A stretch of DNA of 64,000 nucleotides from Thermodesulfobacteriota bacterium (lineage in GTDB: Bacteria; Desulfobacterota_D; UBA1144; Nemesobacterales; UBA2774), in assembly GCA_963422265.1 (NCBI GenBank), contig OY729416.1, forward strand, positions 608,001 through 672,000. Direction: 5' to 3'. The notes beneath the pieces are model-generated. The model did no database searches. It was given only the letters and a program-made list of their open reading frames with translations, and was not told where the DNA came from. Both the position numbers and the translations under genes were made by a program. Shown here piece by piece: positions 1 to 9,761 of this stretch (position 1 is the first letter of the stretch; the number at the start of each line of letters is the position of its first letter).

Positions 1-1446
1 GCCGTTGACCTTATTGACGAAGCCGCCGCTAGGCTTAAGATGGAGATCGATTCGCTTCCAACGGAGATTGACGAGATAGAAAGGCGTCTTGTGCAGCTTG
101 AAATTGAACGTGAGGCGCTGAAGAAAGAGAAAAATGAAAGCTCCAAAGAAAAGCTTAGTAAGATGGAGAAGAACATAGCTAACCTTAAGGAAGAATCCAA
201 TACTCTGAAGACGCACTGGAAAAGAGAGAAAGAATGCATTGATGAAATAAGAAGCAGCAAAGGCGAGATAGATAGGCTTCGCTCTGATGCCGAGAAGGCT
301 CGAAGAGAGGGGGATTTGTCAAAAGCTTCGGAGCTTCTTTACGGCAAGATCCCTGAACTCAATGAAATAATAGAAAAGCTGAGCAAAGAGCTAAACAACA
401 TACAAAGAGAGAAGCAGATGCTCAAGGAAGAGGTTGATGCCGAAGACATTGCCTCTATCGTTTCCAAATGGACGGGGATTCCCGTCTCGCGTTTACTTGA
501 GGGTGAGATAGAGAAACTTATAAGTATGGAAGACAAGCTACACGTTCGAGTGGTAGGACAGGACGACGCGATTGAGGCGATATCAAATGCGCTTAGACGC
601 TCACGCGCTGGGCTGTCGGACCCTAACCGCCCCATAGGTTCTTTCTTGTTTCTAGGACCTACTGGGGTTGGCAAGACCGAGCTTGCGAGAGCACTTGCGG
701 AGTTTATGTTTGACGACGAGCGCGCTATGGTGCGTATTGACATGAGCGAATACATGGAAAAGCACGCCGTCTCAAGGCTTATAGGAGCACCCCCAGGATA
801 CGTTGGATATGAAGAGGGAGGACAGTTATCTGAAGTAGTTAGAAGAAGACCCTATTCCGCCGTCCTATTTGATGAGATCGAAAAAGCTCATACGGACGCC
901 TTTAACGTGCTTCTTCAAATTCTTGACGATGGACGACTTACCGATGGACAAGGACGAACGGTTGACTTTAAGAATACAATAATAATTATGACCTCTAACC
1001 TCGGAAGCGATTATATCCAAGAGCTTGTGAGCGACCCCGCAGCCATGACGGAGAAGGTTATGGAAACCGTAAGGGGATCATTCAAGCCCGAATTCCTAAA
1101 CAGAATTGACGAGACGATTATCTTTAGGCCCCTCGGAATTGACCAAATAAAAGAGATTGTAGATATACAGGTTGAACACTTGAGACAGAGACTCAAGGAG
1201 CATAATATGACGCTTGACCTGACCGACGACGCCAAAAACGTAATAGCGGAAAAGGGTTACGACCCAGTTTACGGCGCAAGGCCCCTAAAAAGAACAATCC
1301 AGAGGCTGATACAGAACCCCCTTGCGACTGAAGTGCTAAAAGGGAATTTTTTAAGGGGAGATCACGTCGTGATTGACGTCAACGATAATAAAGACCTAGT
1401 CTTGAGCAAAGAAGAAAATGTTGATAAAAAAGCTGTAAATGAATAA
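1..1446 (+). CDS. clpB: Chaperone ClpB, 5'-partial (frame open from base 1)
   Basis: [18 protein letters not shown], long coiled-coil middle domain, [31 protein letters not shown]. Confidence 0.97.
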   Translation, partial: AVDLIDEAAARLKMEIDSLPTEIDEIERRLVQLEIEREALKKEKNESSKEKLSKMEKNIANLKEESNTLKTHWKREKECIDEIRSSKGEIDRLRSDAEKARREGDLSKASELLYGKIPELNEIIEKLSKELNNIQREKQMLKEEVDAEDIASIVSKWTGIPVSRLLEGEIEKLISMEDKLHVRVVGQDDAIEAISNALRRSRAGLSDPNRPIGSFLFLGPTGVGKTELARALAEFMFDDERAMVRIDMSEYMEKHAVSRLIGAPPGYVGYEEGGQLSEVVRRRPYSAVLFDEIEKAHTDAFNVLLQILDDGRLTDGQGRTVDFKNTIIIMTSNLGSDYIQELVSDPAAMTEKVMETVRGSFKPEFLNRIDETIIFRPLGIDQIKEIVDIQVEHLRQRLKEHNMTLDLTDDAKNVIAEKGYDPVYGARPLKRTIQRLIQNPLATEVLKGNFLRGDHVVIDVNDNKDLVLSKEENVDKKAVNE

Positions 1447-1568
1447 CGGCAATTCAATCAATCATTATATCATTCAGCAGGTTCAAAACACCGCCTGCGC
1501 CGAGGCGGGGATGCGTTGACACGCTCTTGTGATTAAGTTATTTTCTTGGTCTTACTTTAGAAGAGCTA

Positions 1569-1658
1569 GGAGAGGTGGCCGAGTGGTCGAAGGCGCTCGC
1601 CTGCTAAGCGAGTAAGGGGCTAAACACCCCTTCGAGGGTTCGAATCCCTCCCTCTCCG
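1569..1658 (+). tRNA. tRNA-Ser(GCT)
   Basis: GGAGAGG/CCTCTCC acceptor stem, anticodon loop CTGCTAA, long variable arm, GGTTCGAATCC; CCA not encoded. Confidence 0.96.
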
Positions 1659-1742
1659 CGCCGTATTTTTGGAAATCATTAGACTGTTTGATTTTCTTCG
1701 TGTAACATACGAAATTATTTGCTTTACCCAAGGTGGTGAATA

Positions 1743-2358
1743 ATGACTCCTTCTTGGTATTTTAGGAAAGTTTCAGAAGCTGAGATAAATTCCGACCCCG
1801 TGCAAGGGGAGTTCTTTATCAAGTCTGATATTGCTAGATCGTCTTGTCCGCGAGACTTTGCAAAACTCGCTCGACACACAAAGTGGAAGTGGGCCGGTAA
1901 GAGTTCGCTTCGCACTATCATCAATTGAGAATTCTTCCGAAGACAAACTACAACGTTACTTTAATGGTCTTCTTCCTCATTTGAAGGCAGCAGGGGCTGA
2001 CTTTGATCCTTACAATCGACCTCTTTCTTACATTATTATCGAAGATTTTGGAACAAAAGGGTTGACCGGAGACCCAGATCAAACAACAGATAATGAGGAC
2101 AACAACTTTTACTGGTTTTTCAGGAACGTTGGGCGCTCTGGCAAAGGGGAAGATAAAGGAGGGAGCTATGGAAATACAAAACCTGGAGTGGTAGCCAAAG
2201 GATCAACGGAGAGGGAAAAACCAGGCACCTTGTATAGATTATTCGCAGTGTTTCAGCAATTGGAATTTACATACGATATTTTCAATATGCCTTGTGAACG
2301 GATGATAGAGCTTCTCCCACCTGAGTTTGATGAACTTCTCAATTCTGAAAAAGATTAA
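1743..2358 (+). pseudogene. Frameshifted and truncated GHKL/HATPase-like protein
   Basis: ORF 1743 (WYFRK..DPVQGEFF) shifts frame into ORF 1831 with LVRETLQNSLD, IEDFGTKGL and GGSYG; the expected GxG continuation is lost after GGSYG. Confidence 0.6.
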
Positions 2359-2990
2359 CTTCCCATATTCTCAAAGAGCTTGAGTAGGTAATCACCGCTC
2401 TTGTTGGTAAAGGAAGCGATGCGTTCTAAGTCCCTGTCACTAATTTCGGCTTCAACCTTACGAACCGTTCTCTTTATAGCGAGAGAATGCGCAGGGTCTT
2501 CCTTAGCGTGCACTTCAACAAACCTAGACGGGTAATCTAGTGGCTTGCATTTTGGAAATATAATCCCGGAGGCGTTCTCAAATAAATAGGAATGCCCTAA
2601 AATTCCCAACGGAAAACTGCCTGCTTCCCCTTGTAAAAAGTCGTCATAATCGGATGCAAAGGGTATATTGGCTAAATCCACGCCACCTACCCTTCCCTGC
2701 TCATTCATATCCTCAAGGTCTTTAAGTGCAATCTCGGCGTGTCCAAGCTCGCCCTTGGCACATAACTTAAATCTCTTGCTTAAATATGGATTTTGACTTT
2801 GGGTTTTCTTGCTTGCCCTTAGAACAGCCCTTTGGCTGATATGCTCTATTACGTAGAAAGTCTTGAGCAATCTGACGTAATCCTTCCTCGACACTTCTCC
2901 TGAAAGAAGCGTTTTAATCTCATTCATATCCTCTAGCTTCGCGACATAATCGCGCACCTGACAATCAAGCGTTTTCTCAAGGCTTTTCAT
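2355..2990 (-). CDS. Heme-oxygenase-like fold / iron-containing redox enzyme (CADD/PqqC/TenA-like)
   Basis: 211 aa, helical, with ELGH, YLFE and HAKEDPAH putative diiron ligand motifs. Confidence 0.65.
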   Translation of the reverse strand: MKSLEKTLDCQVRDYVAKLEDMNEIKTLLSGEVSRKDYVRLLKTFYVIEHISQRAVLRASKKTQSQNPYLSKRFKLCAKGELGHAEIALKDLEDMNEQGRVGGVDLANIPFASDYDDFLQGEAGSFPLGILGHSYLFENASGIIFPKCKPLDYPSRFVEVHAKEDPAHSLAIKRTVRKVEAEISDRDLERIASFTNKSGDYLLKLFENMGS

Positions 2991-3229
2991 AGGGAGCTAA
3001 TTATGATATATGATCTTGAGGAATTCAAACCGACCCGACTGCTGAAGCGTGTGTTATCGTATGATTGGTTAGAATTCTCTCTAGTATCTAGGTATCAATT
3101 GTTTGTATATACGTGGGCAAGAAATATCACTGGAAAATGTAGACTCGTAGTTGAGTACACATACAATTTAGCTTCGCTCAGGGCAAGCTTGATGAAATGC
3201 CAATAATCAGTAAACTACTGTTGCATAGC

Positions 3230-3306
3230 GCGCCCGTAGCTCAACTGGACAGAGTGCATGACTACGGATCATGAGGTTGGGGGTTCGACTCCCTTCGGGC
3301 GCGCCA
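3230..3306 (+). tRNA. tRNA-Arg(ACG)
   Basis: GCGCCCG/CGGGCGC stem, CATGA-CTACGGA-TCATG anticodon arm, GGTTCGACTCC, encoded CCA. Confidence 0.96.
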
Positions 3307-3496
3307 GCACTTTTAAGGACTGAACGTATTCCACAATATCCACAAGGGGATGCGCGCTTTTAGCTGATACGCCCCGCCTAGCTGATATCCAAATCCCTAA
3401 AAGAACTGCTAAACTTTCGATTCAATAATCTCAAAAATTGGGAAACATCCTGTTTGTCAGTTATTTTGACTGAGTTATGGAGGGTTTTGAAGTAAA

Positions 3497-3976
3497 ATGA
3501 ATAAAACCAAGAGATTTAATAGATGTGTGCTTTGGAGCAACATTAAGTCTCGTCTCGATATACAGTACCTCAAAGGGATGCTGGCGAGGGTTATTTTACA
3601 TCGCTTATGGACCGACATGATGGTGATCCAAAGCAGGTTTCATTGTCTCTTGGGCTACCACGGAACCGGTATAAGCTTCCGTCATTCGGGGTTGCATTAG
3701 CAGCGGAGGCGATGAAGAATCTAGGGTTTGACGTAGCAAAGCCTGACCGACACATTTTGCGAGCAGCGGGATTATTCGGATTGGTTGGTTTTAAGCATTG
3801 AAATAACCGAAGTGGCAACAAAAGCACCTAAGTATACCAAATCGGAACTCTACGACTCTATGATGGCCGTAGAGAATATAGCAAAGTGCGTGGGTGAACG
3901 GATTACATTTGTAGATAATGCACAATCTGGCTGCTATGTGCGAAAAGTGGTTTGCAGTTTAGCAATGAACAACTAA
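3497..3976 (+). pseudogene. Fragmented gene, possibly HhH-GPD-superfamily-like
   Basis: Three overlapping short ORFs in shifting frames; LPSFGVALA...KPDRHILR resembles a helix-hairpin-helix plus conserved Asp motif. Confidence 0.4.
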
Positions 3977-4088
3977 CCGAGATTGCACATAGGTAGGAAA
4001 CCAAACTCCGAGAAAAACCGCTGTGATTATTGCGAAGACCGGTGCGGCTATGTAAAGCATCCTACTTCAGGCTATGGCAACTATATCT

Positions 4089-5327
4089 TCATTTATTAAC
4101 GCTTCCAACTGTAGATAATGTTTTTCTACCTTTGGGTTCAGTTATAAAGAAAGTGGAAAACGCCGCGATAAAGCATATCACTGTTGCCACAACCACCGAC
4201 TGATAATGCGAATCAGTCACATCGTAAAGGTAACCTGCAATCAAGGGGCCCGTCACGGAGGCGACTGAAAACCCCGTGGCAGACACTCCGAAGATAGAAC
4301 CTATAAACTTTGTTCCAAAATAGTCACTTAGAAGCGTGGGAAATATGGGCATGTGTCCACTGTAGAAAAATCCGAATAAAAACCCAAACAGGCAAAAAGC
4401 CCACACTGTCTGGCTATAGATAATGATGATTATTGAAACCGCTTCCAGAAAGTAGCTTATAAACAGCACTCTCTTGTTATCAAAAAACTTTGTCAACACG
4501 CCCGAGAAAAACAGCCTTCCAAAGATACTTCCAAAAGCCAAAGCGGCTGGCGCCCATGATGCAACAATTGGATCAATACCAGATTCCTTTGCATAATCAA
4601 ATAGGTTGACGAGTATTATGAGAAAGGTGTTCATTCCCAGAAAGAAAATCACATAAAGTATCCAAAAAGATGAAGTGCTGATAGCTTGACGAACGTTCCA
4701 GTTAGAGAAATCAGGCATTGCAGGTTTGCCATCTGGCTCATCAGCTTTTTCCTCTTTGTCGCCGGGCGATTTACGCATCACAAATGCGGTTGATAAGAGA
4801 AAAGCCGTTATGATCGACAACGTTATAAGAGAATTTTCTAAGCCCATGCCCGCAATAAGCACCGCTACCATGGGGCTTATAACCACCCCAATAACCGGGA
4901 CGCCCAATGTTGCAATACCTATGGCAAGAGCCCTTTTTTTGTGAAACCACCGACTGATAATCGCTACAGTCGGAATGTAAAAGAAACCATTTCCTATACC
5001 CGGTAGAACAGCGTATGCCAAAATAAGCTGCCAGTTGCTTGTAGAAAAGGCGGTCAGAAAAATGCCGGCTACCGCCGTAAACCCCCCAATGAATATCACC
5101 CACTTTGGGCTAAATCTGTCTATTAGCTTTCCCGCAGCAATCATTGAAAATGCAAAAACAACATTCCTTATAGAAAAGAGAGACGAGCTTTCCAGATGAC
5201 TTAGAGCAAATGACTCTTTTAGGTAAGGCATATATATGCTGAATGAATACAGAAGTAGTCCGTCCAGAGAGATTATTATCAATCCTGCTGCAACAATAAA
5301 CCAACCATAATAGACATTCTTAAACAT
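4089..5327 (-). CDS. MFS transporter (OFA/MCT-like)
   Basis: About 12 hydrophobic segments, GKLIDRFSPK motif A, YYGW N-terminus; start moved to ATG 5327. Confidence 0.9.
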   Translation of the reverse strand: MFKNVYYGWFIVAAGLIIISLDGLLLYSFSIYMPYLKESFALSHLESSSLFSIRNVVFAFSMIAAGKLIDRFSPKWVIFIGGFTAVAGIFLTAFSTSNWQLILAYAVLPGIGNGFFYIPTVAIISRWFHKKRALAIGIATLGVPVIGVVISPMVAVLIAGMGLENSLITLSIITAFLLSTAFVMRKSPGDKEEKADEPDGKPAMPDFSNWNVRQAISTSSFWILYVIFFLGMNTFLIILVNLFDYAKESGIDPIVASWAPAALAFGSIFGRLFFSGVLTKFFDNKRVLFISYFLEAVSIIIIIYSQTVWAFCLFGFLFGFFYSGHMPIFPTLLSDYFGTKFIGSIFGVSATGFSVASVTGPLIAGYLYDVTDSHYQSVVVATVICFIAAFSTFFITEPKGRKTLSTVGSVNK

Positions 5328-5544
5328 AGTGATTATTGGAAACACACCAACTAGGTTAAAACAACTTTGAATACAAGCTGGCAAATAATACCTGATATTG
5401 TTCTATAAAGGATGGGAAGGTTACAGAATGAGTAGATAGGAGGCTAATTATGATATATGACCTTGAGTAATTCAGACCGACCCGAACGGGGCTGGACATG
5501 TTTGATGAAGTACTAAATAATTAGTAAACTAGAGTTTCTACTGC

Positions 5545-5620
5545 ATGTCCTTAGCTCAACGGGATAGAGCGATGACTAGGGATCATGAGGTCGGGGGTTC
5601 TACTCCTTCTGGGCGCGCCA
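5545..5620 (+). pseudogene. Degenerate copy of tRNA-Arg(ACG)
   Basis: Aligns to 3230-3306; mismatched acceptor stem, 1-nt loss in the anticodon stem, anticodon AGG, T-loop TTCTA; ends GGGCGCGCCA. Confidence 0.8.
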
Positions 5621-5679
5621 GCGCTTTGAGGGAGCCGACCGTATCCAATCCCTGCTCAGATATGGGCATAAGCTTTTTT

Positions 5680-5746
5680 AGTTGACAGTTTTCAGTTAAT
5701 AGTTGTTAGCTGTTAATAGCTCAAAACTTGCAACTGAAAACTAACA
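5680..5746. repeat. Imperfect palindrome of about 7-bp units, related to the 81-bp repeats at 17069 and 18426
   Basis: AGTTTTCAGTT (5687-5697) / AACTGAAAACT (5732-5742) perfect inverted repeat. Confidence 0.7.
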
Positions 5747-5778
5747 CAACGGATACCTGACACGCTCCGCATAAAAAA

Positions 5779-8700
5779 ATGACCACATATTCAGACCTAA
5801 CGTTTATAACAAATGAAGGTGAGCAAAGCCTGCTCAATAGGTTTCAGGTTTTAATTAAAGATACCGAATTTTTTGACGTCCTCGTCGGCTATTTTTATAC
5901 GAGTGGGTTCCACGCCCTTTATAAATCTTTAGAGAAAACTAAAAAGATCAGAATCCTAATCGGTATAAGAACCGATAGAGAAACCGTCAATCTTATAGAG
6001 AGAACGAATCAACCAGAATTGCAGTTTTCCCACGCTGAAGCAAAGCAACATTTTTCAGACGCGCTTGTTAACGAACTGAACAACGCCAAAGACGGCAGAG
6101 ACACAGAAGAAGGGGTGCAAAAATTTTTAGAATGGCTGCGAGAGGGAAAACTAGAAATAAGAGCCTATCCCTCTCAAAATCTTCACTCAAAGCTCTATAT
6201 TATGTCTTTTCCTGAAGGCGACCGCGATGTCGGGCGCGTCATCACAGGTTCAAGCAACTTCACGCAAGCGGGCTTGGCAGATAACCTTGAGTTTAACGTA
6301 GAACTGAAAACCCGCAGCGATTATGAATTCGCACGGCAGAAATTTGAAGACTTGTGGGAAAACGCCGTTGACGTAAAGGACATATACATTGAGACAATAC
6401 GTGAGAAAACGTGGCTTAACAACTCCATTACCCCCTACCAGCTCTATCTAAAGTTCCTATACGAGTATTTCAAGGAGGATCTCTCCCGGATGGAAGATAT
6501 CGATTCTAGATATACGCCAGAAGACTTTATGGACCTAGATTATCAAAAGCAAGCCGTGTGGCACTCAAAAAAGATTCTTGAACAATACGGCGGGGTGTTC
6601 ATCTCTGACGTGGTTGGCTTAGGCAAGACATACGTCTCCGCTATGCTGACAAGCCAGCTTGACGGTAGAACGCTCGTATTAGCTCCCCCCATACTTTTAG
6701 ACGAGGGGATCCCGGGTTCTTGGCGAAACGTTTTTTCAGACTTCCACGTGCCTGCTGATTTTAAGTCGCTGGGCAAGTTGGATAATCTCGTTCAGCAAGG
6801 CACACAAAAATACAAAAATATTATAATAGACGAAGCGCATCGCTTCAGAACGGAATCAAACGTCACCTATGAAAGGCTCGCTCAGGTTTGCCGTGGTAAA
6901 AGGGTGGTGCTAGTTACCGCAACCCCGTTCAACAACGCTCCAAGTGATATTTTGAGTCAAATTAAGCTTTTCCAAAACGCCAGGAAGAGCACTATTCCAA
7001 ACATCCCCGATCTTGAGTCATTTTTTGGACAGATAGAGAAAAATACAAAAAACCTAGATAGAAAAAAAGATAGTGAAAGGTATATGCGGACGGTCAAAGA
7101 AAACGCAAGAATAATTAGAGAATCCGTTTTGAAATATCTTATGGTCAGAAGAACAAGACAGGAAATTGAAAATTACTTTGCCAATGACTTGAAAAGCCAA
7201 AATCTCACCTTTCCAAAGGTAGTAAACCCAGAACCCATATTCTATCAGTTTAACAGTGAGGAAAACGCTATCTTCAATGAGACCGTCAGGTTGATCGCTC
7301 AAGAACTCAGTTATGCCCGATACACGCCCATGCTCTATTATGGGGGAGAAGAACGCATGGATCCACTAGAGATACAGTCTCAAAAAAACATGGGAAGTTT
7401 TATGAAAATCCTGCTCATAAAACGGTTAGAAAGCAGTTTTCACGCTTTTGAAAAAACTGTCTCTCGATTCATCTTAAATCACGACTTATTTCTAAAAGAA
7501 TTATTGAAAGGTAACGTTTACATAAGCAAAAAATACGCCAATAAAATTTTTGAGTTTCTGACTGACGATGACGACGAGGCTATTAAGGCGCTTCTTGAAA
7601 ATGACAGAGCGAAGAAATATTCGGCTAAGGATTTCAAGGATAACTTAAAAAAAGACCTAGAGAAGGATCTGCAAACCCTGAAGAAAATACAAGAAATGTG
7701 GCTCAAGGTAAAACGAGACCCAAAGCTTCTTGAGTTCAGAAAAAAACTCTCATCTGACGCTGTCTTGAAGGAAAACAAATTGATCGTGTTCACTGAGTCT
7801 AAGGAAACCGCTGATTATCTTGCGGAAAAACTGAATGATGACTTTCCAAAACAGGTGCTTACCTTTACCGGATCATCCGGGGCGATGATAAGGGAAAAGG
7901 TCATTGAAAATTTTGACGCACGCTTCTCTTCTCCAAAGGATGACTTCCGCATACTAATTGCAACGGAGGTGCTGTCGGAAGGCGTAAACCTCCACCGTTC
8001 CAATGTCGTCGTTAACTACGACATACCATGGAATCCAACCCGCATGATGCAGCGCGTGGGACGCATCAACCGTATAGATACTAAGTTCGATACAATTTAC
8101 ACGTTCAACTTTTTCCCGACCGAACAGTCTAATGATCAAATCAAGATCAAGGAAACGGCTGAGGCAAAGATACAAGCCTTTATAACCCTTTTGGGAACGG
8201 ACGCTCGCCTGCTGACCGAAGGCGAGGTCATAGAATCACACGAACTTTTCAACCGCCTTACCTCTAATAACACCCTTACTGGTGAGGATGAAGAGGATGA
8301 GAGCGAGCTGAAGTATCTGCAAGTCATTAGAGAAGTCCGCGATAATGACCCAGATTTATTCCAGGAAATAAAGCGAATACCCCGAAAGGCGCGAACGGCG
8401 AAGAAGCAAGGAGAAACCGAAAGCCAATTGCTCACGTATTTTAGAAAAGGAAGACTTCAAAAATTTTTCTCCGTCGGCGAGGGAGAACCAGTAGAGGTTG
8501 ATTTCATTCAGGCGGCGAAAGCTCTGGAAGCGGAGAAGGAAGCCAAACGAGAAAAGTTGCCCGCTGACTTCTATGACAAGCTCTCAAAGAACAAGCAGGC
8601 GTTTCAATTAGCCACCAGCGAACCGGAAGTAGAGCTAAGAAGCGCAAGAACTGGTAGGGATAGCTCTGTCCGACTATTCAAGATTCTTAAAGCGATAATG

Positions 8701-8979
8701 AGGGACGACGTCCAGCAACTTACCGAGGAACAGGAGGATTACATCAAAAGCGTAGCAAGACGGCTTGAGGAAGGGGCTTTGCCCAAGCAGACCGCAAAGA
8801 CAGCCTTAGGAGCAATAAACAAGGAACTTAAAAACGGGCGCTTGAACCCTTTGAAATGTCTTGCAATACTGCAAAATAGCATTCCTGACGAGCTTCTGGA
8901 AAGCCACGTTGCGGAAAGCACCGCTCTCACCTCTGGACCTAGAGAAGTGATCTTGTCGGAATACTTAATCAGCAATTAG
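5779..8979 (+). CDS. PLD-nuclease domain plus SNF2-type helicase (restriction-modification associated)
   Basis: LHSKLY..GSSNFT (PLD), DVVGLGKT, DEAH, TATP, SEGVNL, QRVGRINR. Confidence 0.9.
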   Translation: MTTYSDLTFITNEGEQSLLNRFQVLIKDTEFFDVLVGYFYTSGFHALYKSLEKTKKIRILIGIRTDRETVNLIERTNQPELQFSHAEAKQHFSDALVNELNNAKDGRDTEEGVQKFLEWLREGKLEIRAYPSQNLHSKLYIMSFPEGDRDVGRVITGSSNFTQAGLADNLEFNVELKTRSDYEFARQKFEDLWENAVDVKDIYIETIREKTWLNNSITPYQLYLKFLYEYFKEDLSRMEDIDSRYTPEDFMDLDYQKQAVWHSKKILEQYGGVFISDVVGLGKTYVSAMLTSQLDGRTLVLAPPILLDEGIPGSWRNVFSDFHVPADFKSLGKLDNLVQQGTQKYKNIIIDEAHRFRTESNVTYERLAQVCRGKRVVLVTATPFNNAPSDILSQIKLFQNARKSTIPNIPDLESFFGQIEKNTKNLDRKKDSERYMRTVKENARIIRESVLKYLMVRRTRQEIENYFANDLKSQNLTFPKVVNPEPIFYQFNSEENAIFNETVRLIAQELSYARYTPMLYYGGEERMDPLEIQSQKNMGSFMKILLIKRLESSFHAFEKTVSRFILNHDLFLKELLKGNVYISKKYANKIFEFLTDDDDEAIKALLENDRAKKYSAKDFKDNLKKDLEKDLQTLKKIQEMWLKVKRDPKLLEFRKKLSSDAVLKENKLIVFTESKETADYLAEKLNDDFPKQVLTFTGSSGAMIREKVIENFDARFSSPKDDFRILIATEVLSEGVNLHRSNVVVNYDIPWNPTRMMQRVGRINRIDTKFDTIYTFNFFPTEQSNDQIKIKETAEAKIQAFITLLGTDARLLTEGEVIESHELFNRLTSNNTLTGEDEEDESELKYLQVIREVRDNDPDLFQEIKRIPRKARTAKKQGETESQLLTYFRKGRLQKFFSVGEGEPVEVDFIQAAKALEAEKEAKREKLPADFYDKLSKNKQAFQLATSEPEVELRSARTGRDSSVRLFKILKAIMRDDVQQLTEEQEDYIKSVARRLEEGALPKQTAKTALGAINKELKNGRLNPLKCLAILQNSIPDELLESHVAESTALTSGPREVILSEYLISN

Positions 8980-9069
8980 TATCTACGCGTCGCCTCAACT
9001 TGACGGAGACATCCATAAAATATATACTTGATTGCTATACACTTATATACGTAAGGGAGACTTAAAAGC

Positions 9070-9318
9070 ATGGAAATTCAAGTCAAGAAATGGGGTAATA
9101 GTCTTGCCCTACGTATTCCTAAACCCATTGCCCGACGACGTATTGGCGTCGAAACTGGGTCCGTAGTTAGGCTGTCCCTTCTTCGCGGCGCAGACTTAAC
9201 TATATCGCCTGCGAAACGCTCCAATGCACGGCTGGATGACCTCTTAGCGGGCGTAACAGAGTATAACTTGCACGGCGAAACAGATACTGGACCTGCGATG
9301 GGTAAAGAAGTATGGTGA
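9070..9318 (+). CDS. mazE: AbrB/MazE antitoxin
   Basis: KKWGNSLALRIPK; C-terminal LDDLLAG..GKEVW; overlaps the toxin start. Confidence 0.92.
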   Translation: MEIQVKKWGNSLALRIPKPIARRRIGVETGSVVRLSLLRGADLTISPAKRSNARLDDLLAGVTEYNLHGETDTGPAMGKEVW

Positions 9319-9680
9319 GTTCGGTAGTGAATGTCCCGCAGCGTGGCGATGCCGTCTGGATTGATCTCAATCCTCAGATGGGAAGTGAACAGGCTGGTCT
9401 CCGGCTGGCCATTGTGCTCTCGCCTGGTGCTTACAACGGCAAGGTTGGATTGGTGCTAGTTTGTCCAATTACCAACCGGAAGAAAGGGTATCCCTTCGAG
9501 GTTAATATATCAGAGGACATAAAAGTGAGTGGGGTTATTCTAGCCGATCAGATGAAGAGTTTGGACTGGCGGGTGAGAAATGCCAAAGTGATAACCTCAT
9601 TACCAAAGGAAACAGTAGAGGAGACTTTGCATAAGGTAAGTTTGCTTCTAACAAAGGATAACGATTCTATTAATGACTGA
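9312..9680 (+). CDS. mazF: MazF/PemK endoribonuclease toxin
   Basis: PQRGDAVWIDLNPQMGSEQAG, CPITN..KGYPFEV, DQMKSLDW.VR. Confidence 0.92.
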   Translation: MVSSVVNVPQRGDAVWIDLNPQMGSEQAGLRLAIVLSPGAYNGKVGLVLVCPITNRKKGYPFEVNISEDIKVSGVILADQMKSLDWRVRNAKVITSLPKETVEETLHKVSLLLTKDNDSIND

Positions 9681-9761
9681 GAGTCACAAACTATATTTCA
9701 ACTATCTTTGAGGTGTCTAGCGGACTCGCAATACCTTCTTAGCTTACTGAAGGCTTGAGAT

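Noticed and set aside
1636-1658. Shared 3' end with tRNA-Ser at 51858-51880 as attL/attR of a 50-kb element
   Set aside because: Both are complete isoacceptor tRNAs and the DNA between them is largely core genes
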